Below, one piece after another: positions 14,492 to 25,927 of a stretch of 64,000 bases of DNA. A program made the position numbers and the translations under genes. The notes beneath the pieces are model-generated. The model saw only the letters and a program-made list of their open reading frames with translations, did no database searches and had not been told where the DNA came from. Each line of letters begins with the position of its first letter. Position 1 is the first letter of the stretch. This DNA comes from Acanthaster planci (taxonomy: Eukaryota), in assembly GCF_001949145.1 (NCBI RefSeq), contig NW_019091361.1:682001-746000 (forward strand), given 5' to 3'.

Positions 14492-16917
14492 TTTTTTTTT
14501 TTCAAGTGGATCAGTGCTCAGTGCAGGGGTACCAGTGAGCAATGAATGGTACAATAAGCAAGAATTCTAAAGGTTTCATGCACCACAAACTACCAAAAGC
14601 AAGGTGTCGCCAGTTAGTACAATCGGTATTCCGTTCCTCACTTGAACCTTCTATAGAATTTGACTGGATGAGAGTTTTAACAATTTGTACTGCAAGGCCA
14701 GAAAATTTTTCGCCCCTCAATGACGCTGTCATAAATACAAGTATATTGATGGAAATTGAGTTTGATAAAAGAAAGGGAAAAATAGTCTGATGAAAACTGT
14801 TCTCATAGAATTTCAGTTAAATGTGCATGTAAATACAACATTTTCATAGCAAACTAGCAACCTTTCTAAATAACGTAATTTTATTGGGCATCGAACCCTG
14901 AACTTAAATTCTGATGATAGCCGAACATTACCGTACCTGAACAAGTTTGTTCTTGCCAGTTAAAACAGAAATAATTAAGGCATGTGCGTACTGTATCTTT
15001 GTCCTGAAACAACTTTTCAGCAAACCAAGTCAAGCCCAAGGATGGCATTTCTCACTGGATGAATAACAAAGGACAACTAAAACAATACATGGAATGGAAA
15101 ATTGACATTATTTAAGCATTTTTCCTATGTCCAAAGACTTATCAAAATAATAAAAACAAAACAATTTTTGTTCAAGAACCTTAGAATGAGCAGTATTTTT
15201 TAACTTAAACAATCATGCATGTAAGACACGAGAGATGCCACTGCATGTATGTAACTGAGCATAATGGAAACAAATTATCCAGTCATCCTTGCTGCTTATT
15301 TTTCTCTGAGGCCCAACAATACAAGAATTTTCTGCCATTTCAGCTGACCAGAAATCTAAATACAAACCTTGTCTACCGATCGAGCATGAAAAGACGTGGC
15401 TTCTGAACAGCCGACAGCATAATGTCATTTCCTACAAACTACAATGTATATGTACTTATATGCTATGGATGAGAACAGATTTTTCATTGACAATATACAC
15501 ATAATTACATCCCTTGTATAAAGCCTGGAATTCAGTGGAAATATAAATGATAATTCTAAAAGTGCATTGGGGGTAAATTCCACTATGAAAAGAGCAAAGT
15601 AACAATGACTCTGAGTGACAGTAAAGTCAAGCAATGTAAGGGTATACAGAATGCCTCAACCAATGTTCCAAAAAAATTTCTTCTTGTACATGTACATCTT
15701 GTAAATGCATGCCAAATGTAATGGTATCTTTCCCCACATCAAAAAAAATTTTATGTAAGAAACAGCACACAATAAAAATACATGTATCTAGTGAAGACAA
15801 CCCATTCTGTGGTCCATCTAAAATTTTCTATAATTCATTTTCTAGTTTGTAAATGACTAGACAAAAATGGCAATCTTAACTTGGCAGAACATTTGAAAAC
15901 ATCATCCATATTTCTGTTTAGTGCCATATCAAGTCTCACACCCCCACACACATAAAACCAGCATGGCGTTATTATTGAAATTTTAATCAAAATTTAATTC
16001 AAATTACATGTCACACCACACAAGTACCAGAAACTTAATGGCTGTAAAAGATATACATCTACATGTACATGTAAGTCTAAGAGTGTAACAAAACAGTGAT
16101 GAAAAAAATGTGTGGGGAATATGAATTATGAGTTTATCTTGTTGGTGATTCATTCTTCCATAGGAAAGGTATAATTTTATAGGCCTAAAGTGCACATATA
16201 CATGTAAATACCATACACCTGGTATAAATGCACAGGTCTTTTTTATTCACATCTAAAAGAACAAAATATTGTATTTTCTGAAGTGAACATCTATGGAAGC
16301 AGTTTGGAAGCAGTTGGAAAAGTAGATGTTTAATAATCCCTCACTTAAAAGTGAGGGATTGTTGAACAGCTACTTTTTTACATGTACGGAGCAGGTGTTT
16401 TCTGGAGCATTAACTAAATTTAAGCAAATGTTTAAAAATGGGAATCTTTTTTTTTTTAAGAAAAATAATAGTACTACATGTATTGTGTTTTTCTTCAGTC
16501 ACTGTTATTTAATTTCTCCTTATGAATTTTGGTGGTTGGACTTACTTCACAATCCTGAAGCAAGATTTTTAACATCAAGAATTTCTGCAACAAGGAATAT
16601 TCATGTATCACATCCATGTACTGTCCATCATAGAAGTTCACTCTATTCCATGTTAGTCCCTTCTTGAAATCTCTACATCACATTTTACATCACGTTCAGA
16701 TTCATGAAACCCTAATGATTTTACCTGTAGCTGTTTATGACATTGCAATTTCATGAATGATCACTTACTTACATTTTAATAAGAAATGAAGGAAGTGACA
16801 CGTACATGTATGGTACACTACATACAGTACATGTATACAGGAAGACTGGTCAATTTTATGAATTCTATTTTATGAAAGGTATGACATAACCAAAAAAACA
16901 GGTATGACAATTCTTAC

Positions 16918-17021
16918 CTTGATCGTTTAGGTGGTGGTGGTGTACCTTCTGAATCCAGAGATGGGTATTCGCTGTCCTGAGACGAGCGTGTGGATAACAC
17001 TGGACTGGCGTCAATTGGCAT
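16918..17021 (-). CDS. Probable alternative first coding exon (MPIDASPVLSTRSSQDSEYPSLDSEGTPPPPKRS-, phase 2) of unidentified host gene
   Basis: GCCGCCATG Kozak context at 17021, a GC/CpG-richer open frame encoding a Ser/Pro-rich peptide, and a strong donor AAG|GTAAGA at 16918/16917. In-frame upstream ATGs extend to 17144. Confidence 0.6.
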
Positions 17022-18690
17022 GGCGGCCCTCGTTGGGGTAGATGCTTCATACATCAAGACGAGATGGGGGACAAGACCCGGGGGTCTCCAGTAACAATCC
17101 GTGTGGGCGAAGCAGAAATGCGTCTTTGCGTAAGGGAAGTGCATGTACAGAAATGCTCGGCTGGCTGCTTTGAAACCTCAAAAGTTTTCACCAATTTCTC
17201 ATCCCTTACATGTAGCCAAGTCCCTTAATTTAACCGATGAACTGCTGAATGCAACCTCTCCTAAACCTTTACTGGGCTGCTTTTCCTTGAAGGTTCAAGC
17301 CATGTGACAAGTTGAAACAGAAGATGACCTGCAGAAACCACGTAGCCTGCTCTCACTGAAGATGCCAACAATTTGAAAGATTCCACAGTTATTTTCGTTA
17401 TCCCACAGGCAAAAGGCAAAAGGATTGGAGTACATCAAGGAGAATCAGGTTTCACGAAGGAGCTGGGTTTTAACAGCACAGGTTCAACACATAATACTCC
17501 TCTGTGTGTAGAACGTGTTGGACCCACTGTGATGACCAGTGCATGCAGTCGCACAGGATGAAGTCATGAAGAGAAGGCAGAGGAAGTAATGTGGTTTTGG
17601 CATTAGTTGACAGAAATGTTTATGATACTACATGTACGTTCACAGCACTCAGTGTTAACTCAAGGCCAACGGAGAAATAATTTAAATGGCAGAGGATTAT
17701 TTCTCCAGCTGTGCTTCAAGGTCTTATAGAAAGTCTCCAGCAATTAGTTTGCCAAATTGTCCAGACAAAAAACACAGGTCAACTAATAGGCATGGCAGGT
17801 AGTTACTTCTTCTCTTTACCCCGAAAGAGGTCATCATTTGAAAATGTCACTTTCAGTGTCAATTAGATGTCATTAAAATCAGCATGACACACAAAATGAA
17901 CAAGTGAATACACCACAAAGCAACTCCAATGACACTGTCAACACAGTAACGGCTTTTCCTTGATCTTACAGTCAGACGATTGCGACAGTGAACTTGTGAC
18001 AGTCTCGTAGAATGACACACCAAAGTCCCAACAGAGAATCTCCAGGAATAGACACCAGGACGTCCCAGGCGTACAATGCGCTGTGTACACACGTGCCCCT
18101 GTGACGATGCACACACCGAGGAATTATGACAACACTTCCAGTTGAAACTATACGTCCACGTACATGTACACACGCATACACACACACTGAATGAATACAC
18201 AAAGGTAAGCCCCAAGGAGTCTATGTCAGTACAGCAAACTGGGCCGACCAGCCGACCGCCTGTGGCCACATGACCAACCTGTGGTTGAGAAGGGTTAGAC
18301 AGAAAGCAAGAGAGAGAGAGAGTGGGGGGAAAAAACACAATACAAATATCGCCTGTGCATGCAACACACGGCCAGTACTGCTCCAATGGGAATCCATACA
18401 CAACATGCAGCCTCTACACCAGCCACATACAGTCCCAGCTTCGCTGTACAATTCTCACTGGCTTTTGTGTCAGAGGCTCTGGCAGGTCGTGGGGGAAAAA
18501 AAGGCAAAAACCTTGAACAGGGATTGGAGATCAGGGGAGCATACTAGGGAAAAAAGATCTTCCTGGTTCTAGGGCGTGCTTGAGGGCTGAGATTCCCACT
18601 GACAATTCAGTTCCAGATTGGTTGGGTGGTGGTAAAAGTTGTCATAGTTGGGGGTTGGGCGCGGGTTGCTGTTGCTTGGCGAAATCTTAC

Positions 18691-18701
18691 TCAGTTGTCA
18701 T
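18691..18701 (-). CDS. Candidate coding end of an alternative first exon (M-T-T-, phase 2)
   Basis: Minus strand AAAATT ATG ACA ACT GA|GTAAGA. Promoter-like sequence lies upstream at about 19.5-19.7 kb. Confidence 0.35.
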
Positions 18702-19539
18702 AATTTTCCTTCCGGAGTCACTTTGCCGCTAAAACAATGCTGGCTTTGCTGAATGGGATACTGAAGAAATTGAAGTGCTGAGGTGTACAGGTGGTACTGA
18801 TGACTCCTTCCACTGGTCAAAAAGTTTTCTGGAAACCTCTTCACTCCAAGATTTTAGGGCCAGTTGTTGTGTTACTTGTCCAGTATCCGTTTTAACAAGG
18901 CTATTTCATAGAGGCTCCTGGTCAAATAACAGGTGCAACAGTTCATACATGGAGCTAAGCTTGAAAAACAGAACAACTCCTGTACACCTATATACAGCAT
19001 CAACCACTGACCCACATGAGCTCATTTACTGAGTACAGGATTCAAACTATGCGACAAGTTCATTGACATCAGCATACATTAACACGCTTTAATGTGACGC
19101 AACATGCAAGTGGGACTTCTTTAAAGTCTGAGTTAGGACTAGTATCCCTGTTCCACATTAGCTTCACATTAGCCAGGCACCTGTTATCATTCAAAGGCTA
19201 GGCCAGCTTTGGAGTTGCCCAATGCACAATGCTCTGCATGAGATCTTAACAACCAAAGGATGATAGACTTACGACTGAGACATAAACTCCACTCATCACA
19301 CCAAGTAATACAGTCCTTCTGAACTAGCCCTGGACCCTAAAGGCCATTCCACTGACTGTACTTGCATTCAGCTGGCAGGCTAGCACGTCACACAGCACAC
19401 AGTCGGGATCCACCCAATAGCCAGCCATTGCTGTTTATTATTGTCAAAACCAATTACAGCTCACAGGTAATGCATAATGACTGTGGCCTAAATTTCCCAA
19501 GTTCAATTCAGGTCAGCCGCACTGGGTTGATCAGGACCC

Positions 19540-19700
19540 TCACGTGTGGCTGTGTGTGCGCTCCAACCCTATGCGTGAGGGGAGAGAGTCTCTGTGTCTG
19601 TGCGTGTGTTGCTGCCTTTCCCCAACTCTTGAACCCTCCCCCGGGCTTAATGTAGCCACTCCAGCATGACTGATTTGCATATTTATGAGGCTACATGCTG
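19540..19700. promoter_or_regulatory. Putative promoter/enhancer upstream of the 18691 exon
   Basis: GT/GA-repeat-rich, GC-richer stretch with an octamer ATTTGCAT (~19673) directly next to a TTTATGA Hox/Cdx-type site. Motif evidence only. Confidence 0.25.
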
Positions 19701-20659
19701 CAGGCTGGAAATGACATTAAACAGGGCCATACCACTGCTGCAGCAAAGAGGGGGCTTTTTTTCTTTGCACTTGAAGGGGAAAAAGAAGCATGAAGGTTTG
19801 GTGACCTAGTTTCAGGACAGCATGGCCTTGGGCAACTGTGTCACCATAACAATAGGTGTAAGAGTCAGGTTACACTCTTTGTTTTGCAATGGAATTACCC
19901 TCTTTCAGTTCAAAGGTTTGTGATAGTAACAAAAGCTACAGAGAAGACTTGGCTACATGCAGTGGAAAGAAAAACACAAAAAACCAAAGCCATTGACCTA
20001 CTGCAACTTGGAAACATCTAGAATTTCCAGCCTGCAATTTCATCTGTCTTGTCAACTGTAATTAACGAGGAAAGCAGTCTCTTGCAATATATCACGGCTG
20101 CAGAAGGGCTGAGGAGTTTCAATCCATCAAAAAGGCAGATGGCCAAAAAATGACAGCATGACGGGAAAAAGTTAATCGAGCATCACCCTGGGGACAGACA
20201 GACTCCAATTGAGTAATTCAACTTCATCAGCCACAGCCAAAAGAAAGGTTACTTTTGTTTGAAGAAGAAAATTGTGCTGGGTTAAATTTTACATGGTTTC
20301 AGACCTTACCCTCTATGTCAAGTAACATTTCGCTGAAGTGATTCCTTAAAAAAAGTCATTGACTCATTTTTTCAAGAAAGATATGGCATCTCTGTTTAGA
20401 AAACCATTTTTTTTTACCATAATCAATTTTCTTCAGACTGTTTTGGGATATCTATGCATGTATTTGGGGGTTATTATAAGTTTTTCACGAAAGCTTAGAC
20501 TTCAGAAGATCATGTCTTGGATAGTTATGTTTAAAGTTTTAGGAAGGTGTAGAAAGAGAGGTTGGGCTGAGTATAGTCTGCGTACTGTCTCGACAGTCAA
20601 GGATAGCAATAAAAACTACACCAATATCTCTAAGCTAATATAAGCTAAAATAAGCTAAA

Positions 20660-21790
20660 GGCTGTTTCACACTAGACGAAATCGCCGATGTCCTGTGCGA
20701 TAAAATCGCATCCATGTCATGAAATCGCAAATTTGTGATGTGTGAATGTGATCCTTGCAAACAAAATTGCTAAGGTCCTTGGTTTTTGATCTCCGAGGTC
20801 CAGACCTCCTCCAAACTTTCGCACCCTTGTCAAAATCGCAGAGATCGTGTGTGTTAAATGTGTGCGGTGTTAATAGCCACGGACCCTGGTTTTAGCAGGA
20901 GCACTCCGCATGCGCATTGCGTGTTTGCAATAATAAAGATGGCTACGTTCGAGGAGATAATGCTTATAAATGGTTCTTCTGTCCCTCAAAATCAAAGATA
21001 AGTAGTGAAAATCCCTCCTTTCAATGCCAGACATACATAGCACACGTCAGGGCCTACGTACAGTGTACATGTACATATCGCACATTGGGAATCTCGGTGG
21101 TAACCTACATATGAACGTACTGCAGACAGTTATTGCACACAGTACCAGTGAAACAGCAAATAGGGTTGCACTACACCAAATACGCACCCATTGAAAACTG
21201 CAAAATCAGACCGAAATTACGTCGCCTGTTGACTCTTGTGAAGAGGTTGGCCTCCGTTTTATTTTCACTGGAAATTCAAGATTATGGCCAGAAGATCACT
21301 TTTTATTTCAATTTCATGGGGGTTAGCGATGGAAATTTTTTTATTCGCCTTTGAATGAAGATACTCCCAAAAAGCAGTAAAACTAAGTGCTCATTTCTGA
21401 ATGTAGCTGCCCGCCTCTATCCGACAAAGGCCCGCAATTTGGGGCTGTTTGTGAAAGAAATACCCCGAACTGGAAAATATCAGTCCTAAATTCGGGATTT
21501 ATAGAAATATTTCTATGATGCCTCCTGATTATGGCCTGCCTTATTCCTTCGGATCACAAAATATTAATGAGCTCACGCACAGAAATACAATGATTTGGTG
21601 GAATGCACCCATAAACAATCATGACCCTTGACCGCATCTTACGTAAACCCATGAAATGGGGGACATTGGTGTTTTGGTGTACCGCATTGTGTGAGAAAGC
21701 TTGCTTCGTGATCGCATATGACCCAGGTGACAGACGACTGCCGCCTATAACCAAGGACCCTAGTTTTTCAGCTTGTGTCTGAAACTAGTT
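20660..21790. mobile_element. Harbinger/PIF-like non-autonomous element (degenerate)
   Basis: Left end GGCTGTTTCACACTAG and right end TTGTGTCTGAAACTAG form an imperfect inversion. The interior is CpG-richer, with a repeated GGACCCT(G/A)GTTTT motif at ~20881 and ~21755. Confidence 0.45.
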
Positions 21791-24029
21791 TAAGTGGATA
21801 CATGTATATTACCAGTAACATGCTTGATATTCCTGGGGCAAATTGGTACAGTTTCTAGCACGGTGACTTGACATATGTGTAAATTTAACAGTAAAAGGTC
21901 TTGAAACCAACAGACAATGCCCAAATATGTGTACAATGCATATATGTACGTGTACACTGCACAGGAGAGTGGAAACTGTGTGGGCCTGATCAGGCAAGGG
22001 GGATTTATTATAGTAATGGATTCAGGGTTCATCTTGGGTAGGGTTCAATGAGGGAAAGTCATTTCTGAACGACCATTACTTTGGTTAAGAATAAACTAAA
22101 AATCTTCCCCTTCTACACAGTTTTGTCAGGTATCTCTCTATAGTAAACTCCCCTTTCTGGCATTTCCTTGCATATTTTCAATGAAATTAATTTAATTTCC
22201 ATTCCAAAACTAAGCTGAAAGGTGAGCTATCATTTTCTAAAAAGTGTGTTTACCACAGATTGCACTGTTTGCTGCATGAACTAGTGAACTGCTGCCGGCC
22301 TAATTATTCAGAGGTCATCAAACTAAGAAACTGAGATGAACTTAACCTCTATTTTCCAACAGCCTGAAGAAAAATAACCAGTGCACAGAACGTGTGTTGC
22401 AGCAAACAGGAACAGCAACAGGAATTGAGAGGCTGGTAGCCCGTTTGGGAATCACAGGTGCAACAAGCATGCACATGTAGGTCACAGGAGCCAAAGGACT
22501 TGCCTGGTTACCAACCCAAAACAAATTGGATCATCTTAAGGAAGGATGGACTTCAACAACCTTAGGTGAGACACAGCAGTGATGACACAGAGTGGGAAGG
22601 ATGATCTTATATTTCAAAAGCAGCTGAAGTGATAAAAATCACTACTTAATATTTAATTATCGTTGGGTAGAACAGCATTGGAAAGGAATTGTCTCTGTGG
22701 ATGGTGGCTACTGATTAAAACTGAAAAGAGGTTACGAATTACAGATTATGACCAAGTTGACAACAATGTGGTGTCAACAGTGAATTCACAGCAAATCAAA
22801 GCATACCATTTCAGTGCTGACTGAAGTTGTATAAGAGTTATCAAACACTGACACTTTGAAAGCAGTGTGTATACCGCCCTCAGTTGACAATAGCTACATG
22901 GATGTCAATTCAAGCATGGCCCATGTCCAGTGTTAACCTGAAGCATGTTTGATGATACAGGTGGAGTGCTGTAGTTTGAAAAAAATGCCATAATCAGGGC
23001 AAATAAAAAAAATGACAGCAAGCCAGCAGGGCATAATGTCTGATTAATGAGTGAGAGGTCAATGCCCTTGTCACATTACCTTGGGGGGGCTGACACCGCC
23101 CTCTCATTGTGAACATCAACATGAATCACCATCTTTGTTCACGAACAGCCTGGTGCGTTCCTTCCAACAATGTCAAATATAACAGCCCATGGCAATTTTC
23201 TAACCATCAGGGTAACGTGACTAGACAAAGGAAAACAAGGAACATTGCAACATGGTCTTTTTATGATGCCAACATCACCAAAAAGTTTTATTGCATTTTG
23301 TTTCCAGAGAAAGCCAAAGGGAATCATGCAATTATACACGTATGTACATATCTACATGTACCAATACTGCACATGTATTGCATGCATGTAATGTACCACT
23401 ACACATGTAGACCTCATGCACGTTTGGTTTGCTATGATTTAACTGCTGCTTTTCTACAACAGGTGAGGCGTGAAGTCCTAAGCCTACAAATTCATATAAG
23501 ACAAAACATGGCTAGGACTTAAGTAGGTTTGTGATTTGCAATCAGATGGTCAAAACTTCAGAGCTACATGAATGTCATGAACTACACCCCAGGTACAGCC
23601 ATGTTTATTCCACACATTTCTCTCAACAAAGGAGCATAAATCAGGAACAAAGCCAGAGATTCATTTGCATACTTCTAAAAAACAAAGAGATTTTGTCTCA
23701 TTTAAATTTAGGTTAAGTAAATAATTTTAGGCTTGAAAGACACTAGTAATATCATAGTTGATTGGGGAATAATTTTGTAACACACTGCTTCACACTTTTA
23801 CTACTTACGCCAATTTCATCATCTCAGTTTTGCATTTACGATTAATTTTCACCATTTAGATTTTGCGAAACGCTCATTTTGCCATATCAACTTTCCTTTC
23901 ATCCGAGTCCTGACTTTGTTTTCAAAATCTCCAACCCATCACATTCAACTAATTTAATAAAAATAATAATTCTCAGTTCTTATAAAATGCATATTACGGA
24001 GTGTCTCTTGCACTTATTATCATTATCCC

Positions 24030-24280
24030 TCCACATTGGGCTCATATCATCTGAACATTCCTGAAACCATCTCAGCTCTCTGGGAGTATACTAGCCTGAT
24101 GCTGCCATTTTGGTGCAAACGGCTAAACATAACCACGTCTGCCCTCACAGGTACCCATTTACTCCTGGGTGGAGAGAGGCACATAGGGGTAAAGGGACTT
24201 GCCCAGGATCACAACATGCTGCCACCAGCTGGACTGGAACCCCCAACCCTATGATCAGAAGCTACAAACCTAACTACTAC
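24030..24280 (-). mobile_element. tRNA-derived SINE
   Basis: Minus strand has a B-box-like GGTTCCAGTCC, then TGATCCTGGGCAAGTCCCTTTACCCC...CCTCTCTCCACCCAGGAGTAAATGGGTACCTG, the typical central body of deuterostome tRNA-SINEs. Confidence 0.75.
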
Positions 24281-24346
24281 AAATAGAAATGGGTACCAGT
24301 AATACATAGCGGTACCATAGGTGAGGAGTTAGACTGGCACCACATC

Positions 24347-24580
24347 CAGTGGGGGTCGTAGTACAAGTCCTTTTTCAAGTCCAGTCACAAGTTCTTTCAA
24401 AGGAACAGTTATAAATAGCAGGATAAACAACAAAAGGAATGCTTTTGTCACATGTCATTTGAATAGCTTGTGACCTGGCTTAAGAGCGAATGACTTAGGG
24501 TGGGCTTGCAGGACTTAGGATGGACTTGCAGGGACTTGGGATGGACTCAACTACATGTACAGTTGTACATGTACAACACT
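24347..24580. mobile_element. hAT-like MITE of the AAGTC/GACTT subterminal-repeat family
   Basis: CAAGTCC repeats on the left and GGACTT repeats on the right. The right terminus (..ACTA-CAACACT) is interrupted by TACATGTA units. Siblings occur at ~1320-1420, ~32520-32755 and 42730-42934. Confidence 0.5.
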
Positions 24581-25871
24581 AAGACTAAGAAAGACAAATC
24601 AGAACAGCACTGTGACTGTTCTTGCTTTCGTAATTCCAGGGAACTGTGAAAAAACAACAACACTGACCCCGAGATCATGAGTAGAGACTTTACTCATTTC
24701 TCCTCTGCGTGTGGATGCTAGAGAATTGCTCTACCAGTAAATGGCATGACAGTGCCCAAATTGGCAGCTTTTGAGATGACTGGTGCTGGAAAACATACTT
24801 GTAGGAGTCGTTTTCTGCTGTTTGTGTCATTTTGAACAAGTGACCTAAACAACAGACAAGGACTTGTACCAATATGTTCATCGGCAAAAATCATCTCCAA
24901 AAATCACCCACTCGTTTCAGATGCCATTATCAGGGTTTTAAACAATCTCTGCATGGAGGTTAGTGAAGGGGGCTAGTGGGCCCCCTTAATGAATCTAGAC
25001 AAATATCCATGTTGTTACATCCTACCCTAAATGCATGAACAGAGATACATGTACATGTAGCTTGGCATATACTCAGTAGGAGGAGATTCCATTTTGTCAT
25101 GGTTCTTTGCAGAAATGAATATTTATAAATGAATCAATGACAGCAATGTGGTAAATTGATTTATACAGAAGCATGAGTCTTGATATAGCCCAGTGGACTT
25201 CGAGAGGTTCCCATCCCAATTCTGTGATCATGTTTTAAAAAACTAGCCCAAGCAGCCAGAAATTGTCTCAGATCACACCATAGAGCATCTAGACTTGAAC
25301 ATTTTTTCCTGGGCCCTTGAGCAGGCCCCGGACCCCAGGCCGTTTAGGGCTTCATTCTTACATTTGTTCTGATCAGGGCTATGTCTCCCCCCCCCACTTT
25401 TCAAAACGGATTGAAGCCCTTGTAGAGGAGACACTACTTGGTCTTCTAAAGCCATCCTCTAAGGGTTCAAATTGCACCATCAGACAACTGTCATCTCCAT
25501 CTAAGGCTTACATGTACGTGTTGTGCACTTGCTTCAAGAAATGCGATAAGCCAGCTCTTAACAGGTGAAGTCAGTGCAGTGTTAAATTAAAATTCTTCAA
25601 GCTGTGAAGCGTTTCATGCAGGAATAAGGCACATGGGAAACCCTCCAACATGTTTACACTGCGTTGATTATCATGAAAACGTCCACAGCATGTTGCTGAA
25701 ATTGAATCACTACCACCAAACAATATCTCACCTCAATGAATCTCAACATCAACTGCACCACATTTGCCCACTACAAACATTTCTTTCACCAGTTTTCATG
25801 ACTTTCAAATCCAATTCAAAGTGTCCTTTGAAGTTGACAACTTCCCCAACACTTGTGAATTCTTTTCAGAT

Positions 25872-25927
25872 TTAATCAAAAATAGCGCGTCCTGACATTT
25901 CAGACTCGGCAAGTTCTTCGTCAGAAA
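25872..25927 (-). CDS. Candidate terminal coding exon ((V)SDEELAESEMSGRAIFD*)
   Basis: Acceptor CATTTGTCTTTCAG| at 25928. The phase-1 reading is acidic and protein-like, and is phase-compatible with the 45-nt exon at 35927. Stop at 25872-25874. Confidence 0.3.

Noticed and set aside
17859..18572. Several overlapping 60-180-aa ORFs
   Set aside because: Cys/Val-rich translations of GT/GA-rich sequence; more likely UTR or promoter region.
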